NCBI GenBank assembly: GCA_977017645.1
Contig: OZ360225.1
Span: 154,256,001-154,320,000, forward strand
Direction: 5' to 3'
Origin: Torpedo marmorata
Taxonomy: Eukaryota
DNA: 64,000 nucleotides
A program made the translations under genes and the position numbers. Of the stretch, positions 49,622-62,200 are shown piece after piece (positions within the stretch are counted from its first letter, which is position 1; the number at the start of each line of letters is the position of its first letter). The notes below the pieces were generated by a model. The model worked only from the letters and a program-made list of their open reading frames with translations. It was not told where the DNA came from and made no database searches.

Positions 49622-51057
49622 TCTGTATTTAGTTATAACACTTTTAGTAGTATTGTAAAAATTTCTGAGTTAATTAAAAAGTCTTCTTGGCTTTATCTGT
49701 CGGGAGAGGTGTATCGTTGCGTCTTCTCCCTACGCCATCACGCCACGCCCCCCATGAATCATAAAAGATTGATTTGCATGTCAAATGGACTATCAAGAAG
49801 GCAAATGCAATGTTAGAGGGATTGAATTGAAGAGCAGGGAGGTTCTGTTGCCACTGTACAGGTACTGGTGAGGCACCACCTGGAGTACTGCACACAGTTC
49901 TGGTCTCCTTGCATGAGAAAAGATATACTGGCTTTTGAGGCACTGCAGAGGAGGTTAACCTTGATGATTCCGGAGACGAGGTGGGTAGCCTATTAGTCGC
50001 TTGGGACTATGCTTGCTGGAATTAGAATAATGAGAGGGGATCTTATGGAAACATCTAAAATTATGAAAGGAATAGATAATATTGATGTAGAAAAGTTGTT
50101 TCCACTGGTAGGTGAAACTAGAACTAAGGGGCATAGCCTCAAAGTTCAGGGGACGAGATTTAGGACAGAGATGAGGAGAAGAGATTTACCCAGAGAGTAG
50201 AAAATCTGTGAAATTCTCTGCCAACAAAGCAGTAGAGGCTGCCTCAATTAATTGTATTTAATACACAGTTAGATAGATTTTTGCAGAGTAGGGGAATTAG
50301 TTGTTTTGGGGAAAAGGCAGTTAAGTAGAGCTAAGTCCACGGCCAGATCAGCCATGAATTTATTAAATGTCGGAGCAGACTGGATGGGCCAGATGCCCTA
50401 CTCCTACTCCTGTTTCTTATGTGACCATGTGGTCAAATTTGACTGTATTTCTGCAAACAAACTAAAGTTATTTAAAAAAAACATTTAAAAAAATTTAAAT
50501 TTAAACTTATTAATACCAATAGGCAAAGAGCCAAAAAAATTGACAGTTGACAAGAACACAATTTTTTAACTTTCAATGAGTTGGCTGTTCTTAAAAGAAG
50601 CATGTAAACCAGCAAAATGGCTATGATCCATTGTTAAGATTTGTCTGAGTTGCCAGATTGCAATATATTTTAAGGGAAGAGTTGGAAAATCTCATAAAAA
50701 TTATGAGCATCTTGATGCATCCATAGAAGTACAACTTGCTTGCTAATGTGAATTGATGAAAATTTTGCAAAGATGATGTCATCTGTTGCCATGTGATCCA
50801 TAAAGAAGGTGCACACTAAAGTCAAGCAAACGTAACTGCCTTAAACCACAGAGTGTAAATTGGAAAATTAATGCCATTGATTCCTATCAGACCTCAGCAA
50901 CAGTGTTGCATCTGCTCTCACTTTCAGCAACAGAACTTGTTTTAGTCCAACTCAGGCCTTAAGCCTCAATGCATTTTCGGATACTTTGATTACTGTATTG
51001 GTGCTGCTTCCTACACTCATACAGGACATGGAAATGTCATTACGTTCACTGCTAATT

Positions 51058-51832
51058 TCTATTCTTGCTCTCACTTTCGTCTGATCCATTTCTGACTCTT
51101 CCTTCCCTTGTGGATTTCTCTATCTCCATGTCAGGGGATAAGTTAGTTTTTGAGTGGGAGGTATCTTTGGCTCTGTGGAAGCAGAGCTGGGGGAAAAGGA
51201 GACAGAGGACAGAGGGAAAAGGAGAGAGAGAGAGAGAGAGAGAGAGAAACAGAACTAGAGGACAGGAGACAGAGAAAAATGGTGGGGGGGGGGGACGGGG
51301 GGTGGAGCTCGGAGAAGTCGATGTTAATGCCATCCGGTTGGAGGGTGTCCAGACAGAATATGAGGTGTTGTTTCCACCAATTTGTAGGTGGTCTCAGTCT
51401 GGCAGTGAATGAGACCATGCGCAGACATGTCGGCAAGGGAATGGGGAAGGGAATTGAAATGGGTAGCCACTGGGAGATCCTCCCTATTGCTGCTGACAGA
51501 GCTGAGGTGCACAACAAAGTGATTTTCCATTGTGCGTCCAGTCTCTCCGATGTAGAGGACACCACAACGGGAACACTGGATGCAGTAGATACTCCAGGTT
51601 ATTTCTCACCTCTCTTCTGTTTCCCATCCATATCAGATTAACACATTTTGTCTGTTGGCCTGTACTCCTTCCCCTGCCCATTCTTCCTTTCTCCCAAGCC
51701 TTTTAATTCAGGTCCCTGCCTGCTTTTTACTCATATCTTGAAGAAGGGCTCAGGCCTGAAACGTTGCTTATATATCTTTATCTCCTATGGACGCTGTGAG
51801 ATCTGCTGAGTTCCTCCAGCATTTCTGTCCTT
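51058..51832. mobile_element. Rearranged Penelope-like element (plus / minus / plus) with a hammerhead motif at 51732-51772
   Basis: RT piece DFSISMSGDKL on plus, GIY-YIG end on minus (~51145-51597), terminal repeat on plus. Confidence 0.75.
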
Positions 51833-52266
51833 TTGGGTGAACCAGTCACTCATGGTCCCAGTCACTTTTTCCAGTCCAGTTTACTGCATCCAAATCTCAT
51901 CCCTACATTGAAAAGAAACCAAATGCTGATTGGGTGTCCAATGTGCAGAGATCAGGAGTGACCCTGAGCTTACAGTTGCCTGTCACTTTAATTTTCACAC
52001 TCTGTCCTATCTTGTGTGACCACCTGCACACTTCCAAATGCCCAATGTACGCCTTTGGAAAAGAACCTCGTCTTCTATCAGTATAGCCTCCAGACACAAC
52101 ACTGAATTCAAAATTTCAGGTTTTTTTTGCTTGTATCTGAACTGGCCAATTCTACTGTAAGCCTAGATAATAAATTGTGCTGTTTGTAATATTTGTAGAA
52201 GAACTCAATTCTCCTTTCTCCACAGACAATGTCTGATCTACAAGACATATCCATCATTCTTCTCTT

Positions 52267-52987
52267 TTTTTTGGAATATTTTATTTTTTAATTTTTAAAG
52301 TCCACAATATAAACAGAAAATATACAATTTACAACTATAGACAACATTATCATTAAACTCTCCCTCCCTCCCCCAACTGAAAAAAGAAAATAAAACATAC
52401 AAAAGAAAAGAAAGAAAATGAAAAAACTAAACATACCGTCAGTGCTTACATTGATTTTTCAATCTTTTTGGAGGCGCCACACCGTTAAATATTTCTACGC
52501 TATATTGTACTGCACCTTACAACTGGACCCCAATATACTCCAGGTATGGTTGCCACACCTTTACCGTACCGTATCTATTCCTGAGATTATATCTAATTTT
52601 CTCAATGGGAATATAGCTGTGCATTTCTGCTGACCATCGAGTGATTTGAAGGGGGGAGTCGGACTTCCAAGTGACTGTTATACATTTTTTTGCTACGGAC
52701 AAAGCAACAAGCACAAATTGAATTTGGAATTTAGATCATTTGTAGCTTATGTCCATTAGATTTCCTAATACAACTCCGGGTCCAGTGGAAAGGCCACCCC
52801 TGTAATTCTGGTTAGTGTATTAGATATATCATACCAAGAGGGTCGTACCTTTGCACAGGACCAAGTGGAGTGCAGGAAAGTTCCAATTTCCCCACCACAT
52901 CTGAAACACATTTCCGATATTTCGGATTTTGATTTGTGTAACTTTTGTGGTGTGAGATATAGTTGGTGCAAGAAATTATATTGGACC
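52267..52987 (-). mobile_element. L1 3' fragment
   Basis: QYNFLHQLYLTP, CFRC...HSTWSC; 17-bp TSD TCCATCATTCTTCTCTT (52250-52266, 52988-53004). Confidence 0.92.
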
Positions 52988-53610
52988 TCCATCATTCTTC
53001 TCTTGATTTCAGGTCCCAGCAACATTACTGACCTGCTTCACAGCTTTTACCTATGCTTATGTTTTTTTTCTCTCTCATTCCCTCAATTCTTTATCAACCA
53101 TGAACAGTGGAAGCACCTCGCAAACCTGGACTCAGTGCATTAAAGGTGTCCTAACCATCCATTCCCCACCCTCTCTTCAATTGATGATGAACATTTTCTC
53201 ACTTTTCTGGTCAGTTGAAGGGTCTAAAACCTGAAAAAAATTACCTCTGTTTCTTTCCTAGTTTATGCTTTCTGATCTGAGTGTTTCCAGCATCTTCTGC
53301 TATCTTGCAGAGTTTCAGCATATTTCGACCGTCTGTTTAAACTAACGGTAACATGTTATTTACTTTCAAACACCCTGCATCATTGCACAATACACAAAAG
53401 TGCTGGAGAAACTCAGCAGGTCACGCAGCATCTACAGGAAGTATAGGGTTTGAGCCCTTCCTCAAGGTATGAGCAAAAATAGGTAACCAATGCTTTGAGC
53501 CTGAGCCTGCATCACTGCAACTTTGCTCTGAATTATCGATATGCCAATATTTTCTGCAACACATAATGCATTTGCCTTTAGATAGCTATCTCTCTGCATC
53601 CTTCAATTCA

Positions 53611-54037
53611 AGATTCAAGATTCAATTTATTGTCATGTAATAAAACAGTGTCATATTACACGAAATTGCTTTTGCCTGCTGTAAGGCAGACAGATTTGCC
53701 ATCGGCAGAAATTGCCTGAAGCTCCTCTTACAGTCAGAGAAAGAGAAGCAAAAGAGAGTCCACCCAGAGTCAGCGAGTGTCCATAGATTAGCCTCCAGCG
53801 CTTCTGCAGCCTCCGCAGCCACACAGAGTCCAGTCCAAACCATCGGCAACCCGAGCTCCAGATCCAAACGTCTGACACGGTCAGGAACCCTTCAGCGCCT
53901 TCGGCACCCCCTCGCATCCCGGTTCCGATACCTGGTACCCCTTTAGCCAGTTTCGAGCCAGTGTCCAGCAGTCCGCAGCCCGGCGTGAGTCCCCCGACAG
54001 CAGTCTCCAGCAGCCTACAGCCTCCGTGGGTTTCTCG
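53611..54037 (-). mobile_element. GC-rich non-coding retroposon, second copy
   Basis: (GAATCTT)n tail; 7-bp TSD CAATTCA (53604-53610, 54038-54044). Confidence 0.78.
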
Positions 54038-54053
54038 CAATTCAGTACAGTAC

Positions 54054-54181
54054 CTGTTTTTGAATACAAAATCACCGAATTTCCAAATTGCTAACAACTC
54101 AGCAATGGAATCAAAGCCTCTGGGACCCAAGTCTACAGAGCTACCAACACAGTATTTCCACAAGCTGTGGGTAATTTTTGA
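54054..54181 (-). CDS. Candidate 128-bp host exon (SKITHSLWKYCVGSSVDLGPRGFDSIAELLAIWKFGDFVFKN), gene not identified
   Basis: Long pyrimidine tract with TTTTCAAG acceptor, AG/GTACTG donor, one open frame, non-repeat DNA. Confidence 0.3.
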
Positions 54182-54600
54182 CTTGAAAATAAACATAGGA
54201 TGGATTGAGCAAGAGAGTGAATTAATGAGAATGAATTCAATGTCATATCAGAAAAAAAATGAAGTGAGGAAAACAGAGATTGAATTGTGAGAAAATAAAA
54301 GAGGAACATTAAGAAGGAAAATAACATCTCAAACATTTCTTCAAAATTTAAGACGGGTAAAAGACCCTATAAAGATAATTATCAACTTTCCATGCTAATG
54401 AAGTTGATTGTTAATCATTGATACCAGCAGCAGAATCTCCCTGGTAGTTGCAAAGAATGGAACACGTTTAAAGGGCAATTGGGGATATAAACATGATGCG
54501 CGACCCTTTCCTAGAATCTTAATGGTAAAGGAGCTCAACCTAACAGTGAATTATGGATAGTCACATTTAATAGTCACATTTAATAGTCACATTTAATTGT

Positions 54601-55588
54601 GGCCTCAGGAGCTGTAACACTTGCGCCCACACCTCCTCCCTCACCACGGTCTGGGGCCCTAAACTGGCCTTTCAAGTGAAACAACACTTCACTTGTACAT
54701 CCACAGGACTTATTTACTGCATCTGGTGCTCCCTTTGTGGCCTTCTCTACATCAGAGACCGGTCGTAGATTGGGAGATCGCTTCACTCAGCAACTCTACT
54801 CCGTCTGCAACAACAGCGACCTCCCAGTAGCCAACCATTTCAATTCTGAGTCACACTCCCACACTCACATGTCTGTCCATGGCCTTATGTACTATCCCAC
54901 CCTGACCACCTGCAAATTGGAGGAACAACATCTTATTTTCCGTCTGGGCACTCTCCAACCAGATGGCCTTAACATTGACTTCTCTGCTTTCTGCTAAACT
55001 TGCTCGCCTTCTTTCCCCTCCCCCTTTCCAGTCTTTCCAGTTCTCCCCTCCCTTCCCCCTTACCCACCCAGCCATCCCTCCTCCCCCTGATCGTTGCTGT
55101 CCCCTCCCTCCCTTCTCCACCTATCATCTCCTGCCTTTACCACACCCACTCCCCCCCTATCTTTTGTTCGGACGCCTGCCGGCTGATGCACCATCAATAA
55201 CTCCAAAAGACTAGAAGTTATATAGAAATGATAGGCTTTTATTAACATCAGAATGGAGGCACATCCATGCTGGTCGTCTGTCCTGGACTGAGGAGGGAGC
55301 TGTGGCACAGTCGCCTTTTTATTCAGGGGTCTGTGGGAGGAGCCACAGGCACAGTCAGCAAGGGGCGTGTCCAGACGAAGTTCAGCAAGCACTAACACTG
55401 CCACAACATATATACAGTGGTTTACCACACCGGCATTCTCTCATTCCTTGATGAAGGGCTCAAGCCTGAAACGTCGGTTATATGTTTTTACCTTTGCTAC
55501 ATAAAGGACACTGTTTGACCTGCTGAGCTTCTCCAGCATTTTGTGTTTTTACTTCAACCACGGTGTCTACAGATTTTCGTGATGTACT
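54601..55588 (+). mobile_element. Penelope-like element 3' part with a hammerhead at 55442-55482, interrupted by a solo LTR
   Basis: ETGRRLGDRF...KLEEQHLIFRLGTLQPDG; 14-bp TSD TCACATTTAATTGT (54587-54600, 55589-55602). Confidence 0.92.
55184..55429 (-). mobile_element. Solo LTR (246 bp), sister subfamily of the Gypsy copies
   Basis: TGTGGTAAACCAC...GCATCA; 5-bp TSD CCGGC (55179-55183, 55430-55434). Confidence 0.93.
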
Positions 55589-55969
55589 TCACATTTAATT
55601 GTAGATCAGCTTCTCACTTGAAAGTGTTGGACCACTTACTCAAAATAACAGTCAGCGCTATTATATTTGCTGTAATTCTAACAACAATTTTTGTCCAATA
55701 ATTCTGCTATTTTTCCAATGTGAACAGTGGGCTGGATACTATGTGCATACAACACATGCTGTGTTTTTAAATGGAAAGTGCTTATGCCTTTGAATGAAAG
55801 AAGACAGACAGATTCCAACACAGATTGCTAGCTGTAACTACTACCAAAATGAACCTCCATGTGTGGGAAAAATATTGTACATGCTGCAGGTTAAACATTT
55901 GCCTTTGCTACCGTCTAATTAACAAGTGAACTAATTTTATTCTCAAGATGTTCATAGTGTACATTGATA

Positions 55970-56800
55970 CAGTTGGTAGAGCTGCTTCCTCGCAGCCATA
56001 TTGACCCAGGTTCAATCTTGACCTCTGTGCTGTCTGTGTGGAGTTTCCACATTCTCCCTGTGGAGTCACAGGTAGATAGGGTGGTCAAACATTGGCCTTC
56101 ATTAATCAGAGTAATGTATAGAAGTTGGGAGGTCATGTTGTAGTTGTATAAGATGTTGGTGAGGCCCCATTTGGAGTATTATGTTCAGTTTTGGTCACCG
56201 TGCTGCAGGAAAGATGTTGTCAAGAGGGACAGGGTGCAGAGATTTACGAGAATGTTGCCAAGACTGAGGTATAGGAAGAGGTTGAGCAGGCCAGGGATTT
56301 ATTGCTTAGAGCGCAGGATGAGGGGTGATCTCAAAGAGGTGTGCAGAATCATGAGAGGAATAAATCGGTGAACACAGAGTCTTTTGCCCTGATTCGGGGA
56401 ATCAGTAACCAGAGGAAATAGGTTTAAGGTGAGGGGGAGAGATTTAACAGGAACCTGAGGGGTAACTATTTTACACAGAGGGTGGTGGGTGTATGGAATG
56501 GGTTACCAGAGAAGGTGATTTAGGCAGGTATAGGTTTAGGCAGGAGGGACTAGTGTGGGTGGGACAATTTATTTGGGGCAGCAAGTTGGCCCAAAGGGCC
56601 TGTTTCCATGCTGTGTGACTTTATGACTCACACCTAAGAGACATGCTGATTGGTAGGTTAATTGGTTATTGTATACAAGGATATTTGATGGGAGTGTATG
56701 GAGAATAAAGTGATATTAGTGAAAGATTAGTGTAATTGGTGTTTGATTGTCAGTGTGCACTTGATGGGTCAAATGGACAGTGTTTATTCTGTATAACTCA
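55970..56800 (+). mobile_element. Old tRNA-SINE split by a CR1 3' fragment (~56064-56628)
   Basis: SINE head at 55970-56063 and tail after 56629; LVRPHLEYYVQFWSP in between. Confidence 0.7.
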
Positions 56801-57149
56801 ATGTTTTATGTGGAACATTCAAGTTCTTATTCTCATTAAATTATGCAAATGTGTAGTAGAAATTCCAGGAAAGATATTTGGGAAGGGCAGGGATTAAGCC
56901 TTAAAGAAAAACGGAATAGATTGACTATTGGTTACATTGTCAAAGAACATATTCAATTATTAATCTGATACAACGGTGAAAGTTCACTCTGATAAATTTT
57001 TTAATTTCACAATGTAACAAGCATACCATGGACGAAAGGGAAATTATTCTTTGTGTCTTGAACTTTCATGTAACCCGCATTAAATGAATAGGCCTTGCTT
57101 CTACATAAAACCATAAAATAACAAAAGTAATAATTCATAAAGACTCATT

Positions 57150-57585
57150 GTACATAGAACCACAGAAACAAGCCCTTTTACCCAATTAGTCCATGTTGAA
57201 CTATTTATTCTACCTCATCCCATCAACCTGCCCTTCCATACCCCTCCCATTCACATACCTATCAAATCTTCCCTCCAATGTTGAAATCGAACCTGCATCC
57301 ACCACTTCCACTGGCAGCTCATTCCATACTCTCACCACTTTCTGACTGAAGAAGTTTCCTTGAATGTTATCCTTAAACATTTCACCTTTCACCCTGTCCT
57401 CTAGTTCTTGTCTCACCCAACCTTCGTGGAAAATGCTTGTTTGCATTTACTCTATCTATACCCCTCATAATTTCGTATCCCTCTATCAAATCTCCCCTCA
57501 TTCTCCAACGCTCCAGGGAATAAAGTCCTATCCTTTGAAGTGCTTCTCTATAACTCAGCTCTTCAAGTCCTGGCAACATTCTTGT
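57150..57585 (-). mobile_element. CR1 3' fragment
   Basis: MLPGLEELSYRE...RGDLIE and NFFSQKVVRVWNELP. Confidence 0.85.
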
Positions 57586-58799
57586 ACATTATGTATAACC
57601 TAGAATACAAAGCTTAGGTTGAGACTCCAAAATTGTTCAGGACTAGATACCAGATATTGCTCAGTTGTGAACACAAACTAAGATAGCACAAAGTTAAGAA
57701 GTGTGAATAGAAAACATTTGAAACTGTATGCTTTAATTACCTCTGTACAACCGCTGTGGTGTAGTTAAGATGATGTATATTATGGAAATAATATGATCTG
57801 TTGTACTCAGTGATTTTGCTGTAACTTAAGCCAATGTCTCCTTTCAGCAATTTTGAAGTAAATACTCTCTAATGGTAGAATTTCATGCCATAAAGGCATG
57901 GGAGGTTGAGTTATCTGTGTTTATATTTAGCATATGTGTATGGATAAAACTCCTTATATCCTAAAAAATTCTGCATTTTGCTACTGGCGATATTCTATAT
58001 TTTAGGAAAATTTGCTTGCTTTGGAAAAGCAAATGTTGCAAATTGTGAAGCATGCACATTTTTGGCATCTTAAGCAATAATTTATTGGAGACAATCAAAA
58101 AGCTTTGCCTTCTTGTTCATTGTGTTTCTTTTCTGCCTTTGTTCTCTTTTGTATTTCTCATGCATTTTGTTCTAATCTTTTGGGTGGCTGTTGGTGGGTT
58201 CAATAGATTGTGTATTGTGAAAAAGGAGATACTAAAGGCAGAAAGGATATATATTCCACTAAGCTCACAGTCAGCCCTTTATGAGCCCATCCCCACTGAG
58301 GGCACAGGTTTCCTTGCTCTCACCTTAAAGTGCTTTCCTCCTCCCTATCTATTTTTTGTTTGCAAATAATCTTTGCTTTCAGAATGTATCTTAATTTTTA
58401 AGTGGATTTACAAGGTAGGATAAGCATCAGAAGCATCTCTTACAATCAGATATTAATATTAACATACACCTGGCTAGCTTGAAGTGTGCCTATTTTAAGA
58501 TGTGTAAACTTGAGGTCATCCAAAACCCTGCAGCCCATGTCACAATTTGCATTATGTTCATTCATCAGCTATGAGCTTTACTGTCCTTTATTGACTCCAG
58601 ATTAAGGAATAATTTTAAGATTCTCATCATTTTTTTTCACAAGTTCTGTTCTCTGTGTTTAATCCTCTCCATGCCTACATCTCAAGGGTATTCACTCTCT
58701 TGATCATCATTACATTTAGAATTTAGTTGCACCATTATTGACTATTGTGTCTTCAGCTGCCAAAGTATTAATCTCTGGAGTTTCCTCCCTTAACCTTCA

Positions 58800-59320
58800 C
58801 AGCTCTCCCAAACTCTTCCCATTCTTCTCTGATATCTAGAAATCTATTAGTGTCTTTTTTAAATATATTCTATGACTTAGACTCTGCTGCTATTTTGTAG
58901 TTGAGAATTCCACACATTCACTGCTTTCTCAGTGAAGAAAATTATCCTCACCTCAGTCCTAAATCCCCTATCCCAGCTCCTCATTCTAGACCCCCCAACA
59001 GGGGATATATCTTCCCTGTATCCAGTCTGTCTAGAGATATTTCTATGAGATATTCTCATAAACTCCATAGGAACATGGAACACAGAACATTACAGCTCAG
59101 TACAGGACCTTCGGCCCACGATGTTGTGCCAACCTATGTAAACCTACTCCACAACAATCTAATCCTTCCCATCTCACACATATAACCCTTTAATTTTCTG
59201 ATATGCACGTGGCTCTCTAAGAGTCATTTGAATGTCCCTATTGTACCCTCGGCAAACATTCCAGGCACCCACCACATGACTCCATATGACTGTTCTATCC
59301 CAGGAATCAATCTGGTGAAG
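58800..59320 (-). mobile_element. Short nested CR1 3' remnants
   Basis: FRTEVRIIFFTEKAVNVWNS; GGCCGAAGG hairpin and tail near 59070-59130. Confidence 0.6.
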
Positions 59321-59552
59321 CTTCACTGCACTCTCTCTCAGTAAACAGTACAAAAAGTGTTGCTTGGATGCTGAAATCATGAAAATGTGGAAGCCCACAT
59401 TTTATTTTTATCCTGCACTGGGTCCAATGGCCACAGGTTAATTATTCATCAGTGCACACATTCTGCCATAGTCTATCTTAGCCACAACCTTTTATAACAG
59501 CTAGCACTTGAAGATAAATTGTAACAAATTGTCCACGAGGGATTCAAATATT

Positions 59553-59780
59553 GTAGTGGTTAGAGCCACGCTGTTACAGTGCCAGCGACCTGGGATCGGA
59601 TCCCGCACTCTCTGTAAGGAGTTTGTATGTTCTTCCCTTACCTGCGTGGTTTTCCTTCGGTGCTCCAATTTCCTCCCACCGTTCAAAAACGTACGGGGGT
59701 TGTAGGTGAATTGGATGTAATTGGGCGGGATGGGCTCGTGGGCCTGAAGGACCTGTTTCTGTGTTGTATGTCTAAAATTA
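59553..59780 (+). mobile_element. tRNA-derived SINE (V-SINE/HE1-like)
   Basis: Same core as the 11227 and 21464 copies. Confidence 0.85.
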
Positions 59781-62200
59781 CATGTTAAGTGCTGGAAATC
59801 CAATGAAATATGACACACTCAGCAAACCAGTGCAAAACCAGGTGACACAGGAATTTTCCAGGACATCATGATCAACCTGAATACCTTGTTCCTTGCTGAA
59901 ATCTGGAGGAATTGACCTGTAAGTATGTGAAGACATTCTTCCTATTCAGTTCCAGATAACTAATTTAATAGAAAGAATGGCTCTACTTGGTTAAGCAGAG
60001 GGAAGCTACTTTAATCATCTACTGAAGTTAAATTCTAACTGTATTTCAACGCGCAATTGGATACATAATCTCAATAGATAAACTCTCTTAAGAGTATGCT
60101 GGTCTTAAATATGGAAATATCACACAAAGTGAACACATTATTCTCTATGTTATGTGATTGAATGCTATCCAATGCATCCACATCAGCAAGATGTAACTTT
60201 AGTTTCATTTTTTGCCAAAATATATCCTTCCTTCATAGATTAATACTTACATTCTGTTTTTATGACAATGAAAGCACTTAGCTGCATTTTAAGCAATAAA
60301 CATGATTTTCTACTTTAAATCATTGCTGCAACTGGGGTGGAATATAAGTAAGGAAGAGCAATCAGCTATTTGATTAATTGCAAACAGATGTCCCTGCAAA
60401 ACAGTAACAATTTATTAAGGTATTTATGAACAGTCCAGTCAGATGGCATTTAAAGTGGAGTTAAATGTTTACTTTTTGCAGAGGTCTATCTACGGGCTGA
60501 TAAACGTTCTCAGTTCTACATATGGAATGTGAATGGAATCTGTTGTTTTTAAGAATTCCCACAGAAACACTGTTAACTAATGGGCTTTAGGTGTTTCATA
60601 CTGCACTACTAATGAATCTTTGAAACACTGGTAAAGATGCCCTTAGCAAATAAAACTACATTAGATATCCTGCATTATTAGAGCCTCAATCCTTCAGCAC
60701 TATTATTCAGACAGTATATACTGTACAATTGTGTTAGCTATTGCTGGCATGTAAGTCTTCCTATGAACCTTACAAGGTCACTGTTTTGTAGTACACTTGT
60801 TGAAATCAAATGCAGCTTATTCCCAGTTCCAGAATGGTTCAGAAAGACTAATTCTCCCAGTTGTTCACCTATTGGAAGGCAGCTTAAAATTAATTGAATA
60901 CAGTAATGTGTTTATCAGTGTATACACAGGTATTGTTAAGAAAAGCAATACAATTTGCACTTTCACTGTTCAATTCAGCTTAAACTCTATTTACTGAAAG
61001 TGTTCTGTCAAAGAAAAATTTAATACTTTTAACATTGTGCACTGGTATAAGATTGTTTTTATACATTGGCTGCTCATTTTGTCTCCTCTAATCTTTACTT
61101 CTATTGAAAAGAGACTTTGATTTAATTGTGTTGAGTTTCAGATGTTAATTAAGGATTTGGCTCTGATTTTCTTAATTATTCTAATACTGAACACATATCA
61201 TTGGAAAGGATGAAATTTGGAGTTGAAGATATTACACAATAAAAACAAATATTTTAGATGATAAACAAATTAAATTAGTTGAATAACATGGAGTCAAAAC
61301 TATTGTCAGTCTGTTCACAGTAAGTGAAATATAAGGGAGGGGATAACTGCAATGAAATAAAAGCCAGAGGCTCCTCATATCAAAAAATGTCAAGAAAATA
61401 ATACCTGTATCTATATTCCATACAAAAATGCATGGTTCAGGAAAATTGATGATTAAAAAGTAACTCTACAGCCTTGCTTGCAATCTTATTGAAAATCAAG
61501 GGATCATAAAACATCCAGCTGTGATGACTCCATTAGGAACTAAACCACAAAAGAAAATAGTGTAAAAAAGAGTTACAATTGGACAGAATTTGTAGCCAGC
61601 TGCAAGCTGTCTTCATCCTCCATTGACCTTGATAAAAATATGGACTCTGAGCTAATAACATTTCTCCCAGTGGGAGAGAACTAGACTGATCCTTCATGCT
61701 GATGCCTGTACAACACTCCCGCCGCCCCCACCCACATCCCCCCCCCCCTCCACCACACACCCAATCTAACCTGTAAGTTACTCAGTGTCAGTGTCTGAAC
61801 CATGGCTGCAAGTATTAAATCAGGGAACTGTTTGCCTTCATTTTCACTCTCTTCTCACCACCTTACCCCTGAAAGCACAGTGGCAAAGTAGTGGTATGGG
61901 GAGGGGGTAAGTTTATACCAACTGCAGCTTGTAAGTCATAAATGTTTGTGGGATGAGATGTGAAAAGGAGGACCAATTTTGAGCATACCATTTTCAGTTT
62001 CCCACCCCACAGGTCCTTTCATGCAGTCTTTGCAGCTGTGAGGGTTGTGGCAATATTGAGTCCATGAGGGTGCAATGAACCACATGAAAATTATGCATTT
62101 GATTGGTGAAGAATGTTGTTTGATGGGGTGAGGTATATTGAATGTGGACTTTGATCTAATTATGATGAAACTGGCAGATGATGCTGTTAAATTATAGATA

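Larger units (their letters stand above)
43891..49753 (-). mobile_element. Full-length L1 (~5.86 kb)
   Basis: 17-bp TSD ATGAATCATAAAAGATT (43874-43890, 49754-49770); G-run 5' end; ORF1, spacer, ORF2, G-rich 3' UTR and poly(A). Confidence 0.96.
43440..50420 (+). mobile_element. Degenerate CR1 split by the full-length L1
   Basis: CR1 RT remnants at 43440-43890 continue at 49754-50420 to the 3' tail. Confidence 0.8.

Noticed and set aside
53651-54196. 181-aa ORF as a gene
   Set aside because: It runs from the candidate exon into a GC-rich repeat that is stop-poor by composition
58383-61700. Scattered possible exons (58383-58414 plus, ~59872-59929 plus, ~61578-61707 minus)
   Set aside because: Weak or unpaired splice sites and no recognisable peptides
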